From the NCBI RefSeq assembly GCF_001194135.2, contig NC_069006.1, positions 23,142,764 through 23,205,591 on the forward strand: a stretch of DNA of 62,828 nucleotides, given 5' to 3'. Shown here one piece after another: positions 1 through 11,190 of the stretch. Numbering within the stretch: the stretch's first letter is position 1; the number at the start of each line of letters is the position of its first letter. The notes beneath the pieces are model-generated. The model had not been told where the DNA came from. It worked only from the letters and a program-made list of their open reading frames with translations, and ran no database searches. The position numbers were made by a program, and so were the translations under genes. This stretch comes from Octopus bimaculoides (taxonomy: Eukaryota).

Positions 1-303
1 CTGACTGGCTCCCGTAGGATTTTCGAGCGAGATCGTTGCCAGTGCCCCTGGACTGGGTTGTGCGGGTGGCACATAAAAGACACCATTTCGAGTGTGGCCG
101 TTTTCGTGCGGGTGACACGTAAAAGCACCCACTACACTCTCTGAGCGGTTGGCGTTAGGAAGGGCATCCAGCTGTAGAAACTCTGCCAAATTAGACTGGA
201 GCCTGGTGTTGCCATCCGGTTTCACCAGTCCTCAGTCAAATCGTCCAACCCATGCTAGCATGGAAAGCGGACGTTAAACGATGATGATGATGATGATGAT
301 GAT
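1..303 (+). mobile_element. 3' part of a retroposon (SINE/LINE) ending in GGAAAGCGGACGTTAAAC(GAT)n
   Basis: Simple-repeat (GAT)n tail. The reverse complement of its 3' end recurs at 32228-32322 and, diverged, at 37890-38000. Confidence 0.7.
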
Positions 304-522
304 ATATATATATATAGCTGAAATGTTTCATCCACTTAACACATAAATATGTAATGGTATAATCTTTTTTTCTGCCTCTGACGAGATTCTACTTTATAAC
401 GATTTAATTATTACAATTAAAATCTTTGAAGTCAGAATCAAAACAGCTATTAGGGATTATGTTTGTATTTTGCAATTAATAAATATAATTATTAATTGAT
501 TAATCTCTATTTTCTCATATAC

Positions 523-583
<61 letters not shown>

Positions 584-883
584 TTGTTATATATAATGTA
601 TTATATATATTACATATGTACTTTTTTTCCATTCTCTATGACAATCATGCTTTGTAAAACTAAACCCTTTTAACCCAAACTTCTACCATTAATCCTTAAT
701 TCTAATTTCAAATCATAACCACAACCTTCAGTTTGATCCCTAATATATGCCTTCCTTCAGCATCCTCATAACCCTAATCCCGAATTCAGCTCCTGCAATC
801 TTTGGCAATAAATGTAATCAATAACTTTATATATATTTTTCTGTTTCTCTTCTCTTTTCCTTTTTTCCCCTCTTCTATTCTAG

Positions 884-1116
884 GTGAAGTTAAAGCAATC
901 ATCAGAACTTGTAGCGATGGAACATACCCTTTTAGTAAAAACATAACATATACAAACAAAACGGTTACACTGAATGGTTTGAGTGTAAGATTTTGCCAGG
1001 AGTCATTTTGTAATGGAATTTCTAGTGCCCAATGCTTGTTGCCAGATCATCTCTTCATGCCATTTCTTCTTTACATGATAACCACTTTGATCACTTCAGC
1101 TCTTAATACTAATTAA
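884..1116 (+). CDS. Terminal coding exon of Ly6/uPAR (three-finger, quiver/lynx-like) GPI-anchored protein, paralog 1. No upstream exons were found in the window, so they probably lie before it.
   Basis: Polypyrimidine tract ending TTCTAG/G at 883/884 (phase 1). Translates to (G)EVKAIIRTCSDGTYPFSKNITYTNKTVTLNGLSVRFCQESFCNG followed by a hydrophobic tail. CxxxxCN is the LU-domain terminal motif. Clearly paralogous to exon 7659-7930 (EVKAIIRTC vs QVQAIIRDC). Confidence 0.85.
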
Positions 1117-1441
1117 CAAACTTTTTAAACGATGACAAGAATCCCAGATGGGCTTCTGTCATCTTTTAGTAATATACACAATTAACCAATGCTAGCATGG
1201 GTTTCATGTATATTGTATATTGTTGTTGATGTATATATCATTGTTAGAAACCCTCAAACATTCAGATTATTGTCTCAAATGTAATGCTTCTTTATTTTGT
1301 AGCTTCAAGATTTACTCCGACACCCAATAATAGACAGTGCATTATCGAAATCTGTCAACCTCTGTTCTTCTCTGTCTGTTTTTTTCTTTTTATATCTCTC
1401 TATATCTCATTTTCCATGCCATAAATCTATCTCTATCTGCT

Positions 1442-1490
<49 letters not shown>

Positions 1491-1500
1491 TGTGCATAAA

Positions 1501-1733
1501 CGGCGGGGAGCTGGCAGAAACGTTAGCACGCCGGGCGAAATGCTTAGTGGTATTTCGTCTGCTGCTACATTCTGAGTTCAAATTCCGCCGAGGTCGACTT
1601 TGCCTTTCATCCTTTCGGGGTCGATTAAATAAGTACCAGTTACACACTGGGGTCGATATAATCGACTTAATCCGTTTGTCTGTCCTTGTTTGTCCCCTCT
1701 GTGTGTAGCCCCTTGTGGGTAGTAAAAAGAAAT
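1501..1733 (+). mobile_element. tRNA-derived SINE, abundant family A (near full length, low divergence)
   Basis: tRNA-like head (AGCTGGCAGAAACGTTAGC ... GAGTTCAAATTCC B box) and body GGGTCGAT..AAGTACCAGTT..CTGGGGTCGA. The same sequence recurs more than 10 times in the window. Confidence 0.85.
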
Positions 1734-3447
1734 AACACATGTGCATAAACACACACACAGTTCAATTTAGAAAAAATATTGTAATATTCTGTAAATATTG
1801 TAATATTCTGTTTAGTGTGAAACAATATTTAAAAAAGAAAAAAATGAACAAAATTTAGCCCCATTTTCCCCAGCAACACATTGGTGTTTGTTATAATCAA
1901 CTCAAGAAGGAGAAAATGCAAAGCTGACATTCACACAACTCAATTCAGAACATAAAACATCACAAATAGATGATACTGCCTGGGATTCACTTCTATTGCT
2001 CTATTATTTCTGTCAACTAACCACTAATTGCAAATTAATATTAACAGCTAATTCATTAATATTAAATACTCTGCCCTCTTCTTGACACAATTGATAAAAT
2101 GAGGAGGAGGTGAGAAAGAGAGGGTGTGGTGAGAACAAAATGACATTTGATCCTCAGGGGCAGTTTAAAGAAAATATTTTTTTTTCATTATTTTTTTTCA
2201 TGTTTGTTTTGTGACCCACACATTTTGAAATATCCAAGTTTCTTCTTGTGTAAATAAATAATAAAATGTAAGAAACAAAAAGTAGTAATTGAAACAATTT
2301 TGCTTGAGTTTAATTANNNNNNNNNNNNNNNNNNNNNNNNNNNNNNNNNNNNNNNNNNNNNNNNNNNNNNNNNNNNNNNNNNNNNNNNNNNNNNNNNNNN
2401 NNNNNNNNNNNNNNNNNNNNNNNNNNNNNNNNNNNNNNNNNNNNNNNNNNNNNNNNNNNNNNNNNNNNNNNNNNNNNNNNNNNNNNNNNNNNNNNNNNNN
2501 NNNNNNNNNNNNNNNNNNNNNNNNNNNNNNNNNNNNNNNNNNNNNNNNNNNNNNNNNNNNNNNNNNNNNNNNNNNNNNNNNNNNNNNNNNNNNNNNNNNN
2601 NNNNNNNNNNNNNNNNNNNNNNNNNNNNNNNNNNNNNNNNNNNNNNNNNNNNNNNNNNNNNNNNNNNNNNNNNNNNNNNATATAAACATATATTGAGTCA
2701 TAAAGAAAGTTATATACATTAGCAGTTGAATATGGTGTAGCAAGTTCTAGGATTTGAAACCCTTTTCCGAAATTACCAGTTGACTATCCTGAGTGATCTA
2801 CAATTGAGGAATGCATATGTCATGTGTATGTTCAATTTGTTGACCAATTGGTTTCCAGGAATTCCTGCCACCAGTCAGAACATCGCCCTAAGTGGCTTTG
2901 AGATTCGTGTCCTTTTCCTCTGGTTAAGCAGCTTAGTGCCAAACACTTTTGGCGCACACTGATTGCATTGTGTATTTTTTTTTTTGCCACGGTTAAGATA
3001 TAAACAAGAGTGAGAAAAGTGAAATAAAAAATCACAGCTTTGGAACAAAATACCTTGTGGTATTTGTCTTGCCTGAAATCTACAGACGATCCCTTGAGAC
3101 TCTCACCAACATCAAATGCAGTCAACCAGAGATTGATCCATGGGGAAACCCATGACTATCAACACAAACTGTGATAAAAATAAAACAATATTATCAGAAT
3201 TAAAAACAAATGAGTTGATCTTATTGTTGTTGCTACTGCTGCTGTTTTTCTTTTGTTGTTGTTGTGGTTGTTGTTGTTGCTGTTGTGGTTGTCATTGTTT
3301 TCGTTGTTTAGCTCCAACCAGTTGAAACTGAGCAGATCTCTTCCTGTCAGGAACATTCTGTTGTTTTTTTAAAAGAGACTGTACTATGATTTGACTTCTA
3401 TTTCTAGCAGATCGAGCAAACTCGTAAAGGGACCTTCAGATCGTTGT

Positions 3448-3935
3448 CATTATCTTGATGCTAATGCCATTATAACCAGATATGAAACCTGTTAACCTAA
3501 AACTTTATAAATGGAAAATAATACAACCCAAAACATACATAATGGATCCTAGCAACAATCTAAGACCAGTCTCTACTCACAGATACCACACTCAAGTCAC
3601 TAGGACCAGACTAGTTTCTTATCACAAAAACAAAACTGACAAAAAAAAACTTCTCTTTCGATAATGCTTGTTGCAAGAATCATGGGAATGCTATTATCTT
3701 AATGATGTCATTATTACCAGATATGAAACCTGTTAACCTGAAACTTTGTAAACAGAAAATAATACAATCCAAAACATAGATAATAGATCCTAGCAACAAC
3801 CTAAAACCATTCATTGCTCACAGAATACTACACTTAAGCAAAAGACTAAGATCAGTCACTAGGACCAGATTAGTGACTAATCACAAAAACAAAACTGATG
3901 GAAAAATTCATCTTTCCATAATGCATGCCACAAGA
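3448..3935. repeat. Tandem duplication, two diverged copies with a period of about 241 bp
   Basis: ATGAAACCTGTTAACCT at 3482 and 3723. Collinear similarity continues through CACAAAAACAAAACTGA. Confidence 0.85.
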
Positions 3936-4609
3936 AATTATTCCTAGCATCAAGTCAAGTAAAATCGTTGTAATCCATGCATACAAACTTCTTTACAAGT
4001 GTTGGGAATGTAAACACTTAATGAATATATTGCATGATTAAAAAATATACTAATATAAGGATTCCTATATACAGTAAATTATATAAAAAGACTTTATACA
4101 TTGTCAAAAAAATTAATTATAATTATAAATACTAAGAAAGGATATACAAATGTATAAAAATATCAAATATCAAATACAAAAAATTTCTAAAACAATATGT
4201 AATTTACAAATATAACAAAATATAATATTGTATTATACAGTGAGTTTTATGAAAAGAAATTATAAACTGCCAATCCCTTTATAAGCTATAGAAGTTACAC
4301 AAATGTATGAGAGAGTGTATAAATATATAAAGATTTAAAAATATAAAATATAAAAATTTTGTGAAATATTTTTTTTTACAAAGGTATTTAACTTCTTAGA
4401 GGCTACACCAAATGTGTGTATGTATGCATGTGTATGTGGTATGTGTGTTTATGTGTATGTGGTATATATGTGTGTGGATGTGTTTGTGTGTGTATGTGTG
4501 CATAGTTGTGTAGAGGTGGGAGAGTGGGAATGTGTAGTGGGGGAGGTGAATTTCTGGTCTCTTTCTCCTCACCAATGCTTGATAATCAGTGTTGGTTTGT
4601 TTACATCAC

Positions 4610-4760
4610 TGTAACTTAGCAATTTGGCAAAAGAGACTGATAGAATAAAACAAAAAATCAAGTTCTGGATTCAATTTCTTCAACTAAAAACCCTTCAAAT
4701 CAGTGCCCCAGCTTGGCCTCAGTCAAATAACTGAAACAAGCAACAACAAAAAAACAAGTG
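4610..4760 (+). mobile_element. SINE family B fragment (...GGCAAAAGAGACCGATAGAATAAGTAC...CAGCATGGCC..AATGACTGAAACAAG)
   Basis: Similar to 55200-55370 (+), 57914-58050 (-) and 10020-10115 (-). Confidence 0.6.
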
Positions 4761-5009
4761 ACAGATAAAACATGATATATCACTCTTACGCTATAGCTTT
4801 ATCTTCAGCTTTGTAATTATTATCCCATCATGATGATGATGATGATGATGATGATGACGACAGAGTACTTATCAATATTCAAACCTATTTCAAGTCACCA
4901 GCAGGCTCAGAGGGGGTGAGTACAATCAAATGAACAGTCAAGACTGTTGATAAGAAATAGACCTGATCCAAAGGTGAGAGGAACATAACATTTATGAGTT
5001 ACAGTAACA

Positions 5010-5052
5010 ATGGTTCCTGTTTGGTCTGTTCTCTTTACCTTTCTTCTAACAG
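5010..5052 (+). CDS. Ly6/uPAR paralog 2, exon 1 (signal peptide)
   Basis: ATG at 5010 encodes MVPVWSVLFTFLLT, followed by donor G/GTAACT at 5052/5053 (phase 1). Joins in frame to exon 2 to give the signal peptide MVPVWSVLFTFLLTVSTSNG-LSC. Confidence 0.85.
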
Positions 5053-5227
5053 GTAACTGTGAACTTTATTGCTTCTCTTCACAATTCAGTAATGTAATAC
5101 ATGTATATGTTCGTTAATTTCTCAATTACTCTCTTAAATATCTTTCTTAATTAAATGGATCCACATTTCTCTTCTATATTTCATTTTTTAAAATTTATTT
5201 TCATTGTAAACTAATAATAATGATAAT

Positions 5228-5345
5228 CCGTTCAACTCCAAGGGGATGGGAAAAGTCAATCAAGTTGACCCCAGTATTTTGACTGCTACGTAATTTATCG
5301 ACCCCAAAAGGATGAAAGGCAAAGTTGACCTTGGTGGAATTTGAT
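5228..5345 (-). mobile_element. SINE family A fragment in Ly6 intron 1
   Basis: Reverse complement of the 1501-1733 core (GACCCCAAAAGGATGAAAGGCAAAGTTGACCTTGGTGGAATTTGA). Confidence 0.7.
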
Positions 5346-6320
5346 TTATAATAAGTGAGTCAGTTTCTTGCTACTCAGAGTCTCACCTGTGTGTGACATC
5401 CTGACCCCAGGGCCATTAGAACTGAACGGACATCACTGAGAATTCCAAATTTAAACAAGGGAGAAATAGCTGTTCCTAATAAAACCAAAATATGAGATGG
5501 TCATGGGTGAAATGTTTAGGATCATCGATCTGCCCAAACAGCACAAACTCAGGGCTACCCAACAACAACAATGAATTATAATAACAGCTAAACTCAGATG
5601 TTTAACCCTCTTCTTTAAATAATACTGATGTTTAGCCCCAGGTAAACTCTGATCCAGTACACCAATGATCAAAGGCATTCTTGCCATGACCATCCTGTTT
5701 CTTGTGTCAAATTATATCATCTGTTTGATTTTTTTTTTTTTTTTGGTGGGGTTTTTGTAGTGAAGGTAGGATGAGAGTAATTTGGCTGCTATTTCTCACA
5801 GCTTCAAGAATGTTTTTCTCATCCCCCCCCCCATAATAGCACCATGTCACAAATAATTGTGTGTTGTTTAACCCTAGGTCTGTCCTATTCTAGCAGGATT
5901 ATAATCAAACATGTTCCAGTTGTGACCATTCCATTTGTTAGTAAGTCTGTCAGAAAGCATATTGCTTTGTGCAGCCTTCTTTCTTAGGTGATAAACAGAG
6001 TTCAATACAAAGATCTTTGGTGACTATTTCTAGCAGGTTTCCCACAGTTCCATGCATCATAAATATCTTCCTTGTTTTTCTGTTTTTGTTGTTGCTGGTG
6101 GTGTTGTTGTTGTTGTTGTTGCTGCTGCTGTTGTATAATTCTCCCATCAATTATTTCTTCAAACTCTATTCCTTCCACCTCCTACTTCTCCTGTTCCTCC
6201 CACTCCAGAACCTGGATAATATTTCTTATCAGTTAAGACCAGAAGCCATGAGAGCCAGTGCCTAATACTACATCAGGGCCTTATTATTATTATTTTTGTT
6301 CCTCTCAATTTTACTTTCAG

Positions 6321-6497
6321 TTTCAACCAGCAATGGTCTGTCCTGCTACAGTTGTGAAGGAAGCAAACCTTTTTCAGAATGTGAATCAGACATAAGGGAA
6401 TACCGATTGGGAATGGATTCAAAGTTTGCAGTAAACTGTTCAAAATATTCACACATGACAAAGCCATACTGTGCTATTGAAAGATACATGAAAAATG
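6321..6497 (+). CDS. Ly6/uPAR paralog 2, exon 2
   Basis: Acceptor TTTACTTTCAG at 6320 and donor ATG/GTAAGT at 6497/6498. Encodes STSNGLSCYSCEGSKPFSECESDIREYRLGMDSKFAVNCSKYSHMTKPYCAIERYMKN, with LU cysteines 1-5 and the typical LxCYxC start. Confidence 0.92.
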
Positions 6498-6714
6498 GTA
6501 AGTAAATCCATCAGTTTCTACCAAGATAGAGACACGAGTAAAATTAATAATAGAGAAATGAAAATAAAACTTTGGAAACAGCAAGGCAGCCATAACTTAT
6601 ATGGAAACTATGAGCATGCTTTCAAGGGAGATAATCAGAGAAAGACTTGAATGTCAACGTAAGATCATAATACTTCATGTAAAGTAAAATAAGTATAACA
6701 AATAATCCAGAATC

Positions 6715-6886
6715 CTTGTCCAGTATTGGATCAATTCCAAAATCTAATCAGTTCGTGCCAGTCACAAGACCAGACATCCCTGAAAGGTTCATCCATATCC
6801 ATCCAACGGTTCTTCAGATATCTTGTCCACGAACAAACAAACATGACTGAAAACAATATCTCCGCCTTTGCTAAGGCAGAGGTAAT
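6715..6886 (-). mobile_element. Non-autonomous element with a 5' hairpin (ATTACCTCTGCCTT-AGCA-AAGGCGGAG) and a GTTT microsatellite; possibly Helentron/DINE-1-like
   Basis: A hairpin next to the end followed by (GTTT)n is the architecture of HINE/DINE-type elements. The classification is an inference. Confidence 0.4.
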
Positions 6887-7658
6887 AATAATAATAATAA
6901 TAATAATAANNNNNNNNNNNNNNNNNNNNNNNNNNNNNNNNNNNNNNNNNNNNNNNNNNNNNNNNNNNNNNNNNNNNNNNNNNNNNNNNNNNNNNNNNNN
7001 NNNNNNNNNAATTTAAATGAAAATTCAATAAAAATTACTAAAAGTTAAATTTGAATTTTTAAAACAAATTTAATGAATTTTAACCAAATTTATCTATTTT
7101 TATTTTTACTTATTTTTATTTATTTTGAATTGATATTTTTTTTATTTTATGTTGAATGAAATTTTTCAACCAGTAACCCTTAAGTTTTAGCAACAAAACC
7201 TAACAGAAGTGAACTTAGCCAGCAAAATATATTGATTATTATTCTCCTTCATCATCATTTAATATTTAATCACCCTCGCTAATTTAACTCATAAAACATT
7301 TCTTATTTAATCATCCCTTTATGACTTAAACTAGTCTTCTCCAGCCCAAATACTTGTTTTATGTTCAAGCCAGCCAGATCCAGCCTCTCACTTATCCTAC
7401 AATGTCATTCTAAAAATAAACAATTACATCATTGAAATCTCAAAGCTATAAGATAATGCATGATTAATTAAAAACAATGTGAATAAAGAAACAATACATT
7501 TGACAGAGTAATAAGAATGCTACCAGGTTAAAAAAGGATTTATTTCCAATAAACTTAGATATGCAAAGATGTTACATGAAGGTTTCCTTCTTTTGGGTTT
7601 TGCAGTAAAAACTTAAGGTTTCCCTTCCTCTTCTCACAGTTGTTTATTTTCTCTTCAG

Positions 7659-7930
7659 GGCAAGTACAAGCTATTATTAGGGACTGTAATGATAAGATAT
7701 TCTCATTCTCCATGGAACATCCACCATACAAAAAACTTGAAACTGTTAATGGGGATTACAACATTTCCGTGTGCTCTTATGTTTCCTCTCAAGGAGCAAT
7801 ACTGTGCGTTTCATTGTGCGATGAAGACATGTGCAATGGCGTGTTTGGCAAATCAGATAGCATTACATTAAGCCTACCACTATTTGTCATATCATTACTT
7901 TCAGTGAAGGGACTCGCAAACTTCAGTTAA
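7659..7930 (+). CDS. Ly6/uPAR paralog 2, exon 3 (LU cysteines 6-10 and GPI signal). The full protein is 163 aa.
   Basis: Acceptor TTTTCTCTTCAG at 7658. Encodes QVQAIIRDCNDK...ISVCSYVSSQGAILCVSLCDEDMCNG, then a small-residue spacer and hydrophobic tail (LSLPLFVISLLSV). Exons sum to 43+177+272=492 nt in an open frame with 10 cysteines. Confidence 0.92.
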
Positions 7931-8174
7931 CTCTTTAATCATTGTCAGTCCTACCAGCCATGATTTCAATATCAGTTTACAGATGTTGTTTTCCACATTT
8001 TATTGGTTTCCATCAAGGGTATTTATTTAACTGACACCAGAAGGATTAACAGTAAAATCTATAGAATGGCAATGAAGAAGAAGAAAAAATACTAAACTAT
8101 TGTAAGCTTCATCACAAATTCAAATATTATCAAATAAAATAAAGCTACCATACTTTAAAGAAAGAAACAAAGAC

Positions 8175-8265
8175 TGGACAAAAGAATGGACAAAGAATGA
8201 ACAAAAAATGGACAAAGAATGGACAAAGAATGAACAAAAAATGGACAAAGAATGGACAAAGATTG
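8175..8265. repeat. 11-bp minisatellite (ATGGACAAAGA) with 33-bp higher-order periodicity, in the Ly6 3' region
   Basis: Directly visible in the sequence. Confidence 0.85.
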
Positions 8266-8845
8266 GATTGAAAGAATGGATGGAAAGAAGGAAGAAAGAC
8301 ACAAACAAATGAAGAGTTTTGTTTAGTTCAGTTTGTCATCACATTCATCCACAATATAAAGATAAAACAGAGTCATCTGGCTTTTCTACATTCAAAGGTC
8401 ACATCCTGTCAAGGTCAACTGTGCCCTTCCTCCTTTCCAGAACCTTTAAAATAAAGAATCAATAAAGTAACAGAGTCATTTTAATTGACTCTCTCTCACA
8501 CCTGCTGACAAAATTCCTGGTTTCATGCTTATGTTAGAAACAATTGGCAGAAGCATTAGCATTCTGGGCAAAATGCTTAGCAGCATTTCATCCGTTTTTA
8601 CATTCTGAGTTCAAATTCAATGTGCATATGGCTGACTACTCCACTGATGTGCATACCCTTAAGGTAGTTCACAGGAAGATTCAGTGTGACACAGAATGTA
8701 TCGAGACTGGTCCCTTTGAATTACAGATACAGTAAAGTGGAGTCATGTGAAATAAAGTGTCTTGTTCAAGGACACAATGTATTCCACTTTCTGCAAGCAT
8801 CAGTCGGTTCTTTTACTGAAAACCACTTGAACATTCTACTACTAG

Positions 8846-8880
<35 letters not shown>

Positions 8881-9774
8881 ACAATGAGGATTTTCAAAAC
8901 CTCTTATGGGGATATTTTTATCCAAGATACACTGGTTTAATATCAAATATTTTGAAGAGATATTTCTTCAATGAATATATTATATAAAATATCCATATAT
9001 ACATACATATGGGAAATGGTTCTTTGCATTGAGAACCACTTCCCATTGCCAACCGGTGGTTGTCACATGCTGATGGCAGGTCAATACCCAGAAACTCGGG
9101 TCTGTGTGTATCGGTGAGGCTGGAGATGGGAAAGATGACTTCCCTTTGCAAATACTGATAGAGCACAGAAAGTGTGTCAATAGCCAGTTGGAGGAAATGT
9201 CTCCCTGGGGCTACAAGCTACAGTAGCATCAACCCTTAAGAGTTAGCCACATTTAGGTGACAAATATACTTCACGATAAAGTACACCATTTTTCATGTTA
9301 GAACTATTTTACAACTTTTCAATCAGTTATCTCCCCTTCTTCAACTTAGCGTCTGTGACCTTTACCAATGTCTTTCATCCAGCTTCAAATTCTCATTTTT
9401 AATAAACTGATAAAAGAAATTAAAGGATTTGTTTCTTGATGGATTTCATTAAAAAAATTTTTTTGTTTGATACTTCGACTGATTCACGTCTTTATTTGCC
9501 CAAAGACATTCTCCAGGTAAGCCATGCATACATCCATGCAGACACACACACATGCATATATATACATGTACGTATGTGTACATAGATTTACACGTTACAT
9601 ACTTGTAAGTACACGTGTATAAAAGCATGTATGTATAACATATAATGAAATTTATTTTTAACCGGCAAACTTTATTTGCAACTAGGAAACACAGAGTGGT
9701 ATCAACAAAATAACTTTTATGACTTAGTCAAGTGAAGAGCAAAACCCAAGTATTTTCTTTTATTTACAGCCAAC

Positions 9775-9903
9775 ATGGGTGACAATAGTGATAGGGAAGC
9801 AAAGAGGTGGGTGGCACAGAATTATGTTGCTCCATTAAGAAGCAATGTATCAAGAATATTTAGCTCGACTGGACTCCACGAAAGGTGTTCAAGGGGGAGG
9901 TAA
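9775..9903 (+). CDS. Candidate small ORF (42 aa, MGDNSDREAKRWVAQNYVAPLRSNVSRIFSSTGLHERCSRGR) in a putative spliced transcript
   Basis: Upstream consensus donor CAG/GTAAGC (9516/9517), acceptor TTTTCTTTTATTTACAG at 9769, and Kozak-like CCAACATGG. No homology recognised. Confidence 0.35.
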   Translation: MGDNSDREAKRWVAQNYVAPLRSNVSRIFSSTGLHERCSRGR

Positions 9904-10301
9904 TAGGTTTAACTCTAATGCCCTTTTAAAATAGGTGCTCTCCCTTAGATTAGCTTTTTTAAATTTACAATCTGCTCGGTATCACCTTCAGGTTTTGAAC
10001 TGATCCATGCTACCTGCCTTTTTCTTGTGTTTCAGTCATTGGACTACGGCCATGCTGGGGCACCGCCTTGAAATATTTAGACGAACAAATAGATCCCGGT
10101 ACTTATCTTTTTAAGTTTGGAATTGTGCGCCGGAAAGTCCGTATCAATTGCTGATTCAGTGAATTTACGGAATTTACCGAATGCCGTCGCCTTCGGGTAG
10201 AAAACGAAAGATTGCCCTACCACGCTACAAGTGAAAGAATCACACTAATATTTATTTATATTTAATTTACACCTTTAACTTTGAAGGCTTCATACAACAG
10301 C

Positions 10302-11000
10302 ATGGCTCTTTGTAACTCTTACAACATCACTTTATATGAATGCGTATCTTGTTTCTACGGCAAGGATGATCTCCTTTGCATTTTTAGCCGAACACGGCCA
10401 CCAGCCGCGTACACGAGATTGTCCGGGGAAAACCGGATTCTGCCGTAAAACCTCCGTAGACCTCCGAACCGAAAGAAGACCTCTTTGTGTCGTCTGCCAG
10501 TTTTGAGCAGAAAACCACCAAACTGTTATTGGAGAACCGGGCATTGAAAAGACAGTTTTCGTCCGTCGAAAATACCTACGCGGCTGGATTGTGAAAACGG
10601 TTTGGCTTTTTGGCGGACTGGAACGAATAAGTAAGAAGGCATTTATGATCCCACCGCTAAACGAATCCAGTGAGACCGACAGACGAGATGTTGGGACTTT
10701 GCCTGCACTTATTCCCCAATTATCTATAATGACCGTTAGCGTGTGCCTATTAGTAACCTCAACAACCTGTGCTATATACACACTATCAAGTGAACCACAG
10801 TCAGCATTTTGTTGATCCCGTCAACCCATCAATTGAGCGTTTATGGAGAAAGCTCAAGAACAGCATAATTCGATCTGGAATGAGCCTTGAATACCCGAAG
10901 CAGTAGTATGGTCGCTCGGTTCCTTTTCCGACGGGATGTCTCACCACCAACCCAGCGACTTCGTAAGTTTCTTGTGGCGGCTGCAACATTTACATCCAGG
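10302..11000 (+). pseudogene. Decayed Merlin (IS1595/IS1016-like) DDE transposase
   Basis: Across frameshifts and stops: MALCNSYN...FLAEHG...TRDCP (N-terminal Zn-ribbon-like); TVIGEPGIE-KTVFVRRKYLRG..VWLFGGLERISKKAF (the first catalytic D motif appears deleted); IIYNDR*R (cf. IxSDxWRAY); YTHYQVNHSQHFVDP...SIERLWRKLK. These are hallmark ISXO2/Merlin motifs. Confidence 0.85.
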
Positions 11001-11058
11001 TTCCTGAAGACACGGAAGACTATACACAAATAATTATTTTAATTAGTATCTTTTAAAA

Positions 11059-11190
11059 CACATAGTTGAGGCCTATTGGTCCCGAATCAAAAGACGGCTG
11101 AACTATATCAATGGATCAGCGGACGATATGAAATTGTCGAAGTTTATCCTCACTAAATTCCAACGGCGGCGGACATGGCGAAGGTTTGAG
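11059..11190 (+). pseudogene. Second Merlin/IS1595-like transposase C-terminal fragment
   Basis: Encodes HIVEAYWSRIKRRLNYINGSADDMK, which resembles the IS1595 catalytic-E helix (NxIEGxWSxLKRxIxG). It is distinct in sequence from the first copy. Confidence 0.6.

Noticed and set aside
2780-3170. Unique sequence with short coding-like frames (SDWWQEFLETNW on -; DPLRLSPTSNAVNQRL after an AG on +)
   Set aside because: There is no consistent exon chain, stops lie nearby, and no family was recognised.
4994-5056. Out-of-frame ATG 16 nt upstream of the Ly6 start
   Set aside because: It may be removed by a 5' UTR intron ending at TTACAG (5004), and the transcript start is unknown.
10332-10781. 149-aa minus-strand ORF
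   Set aside because: It is the antisense shadow of the Merlin transposase fossil.
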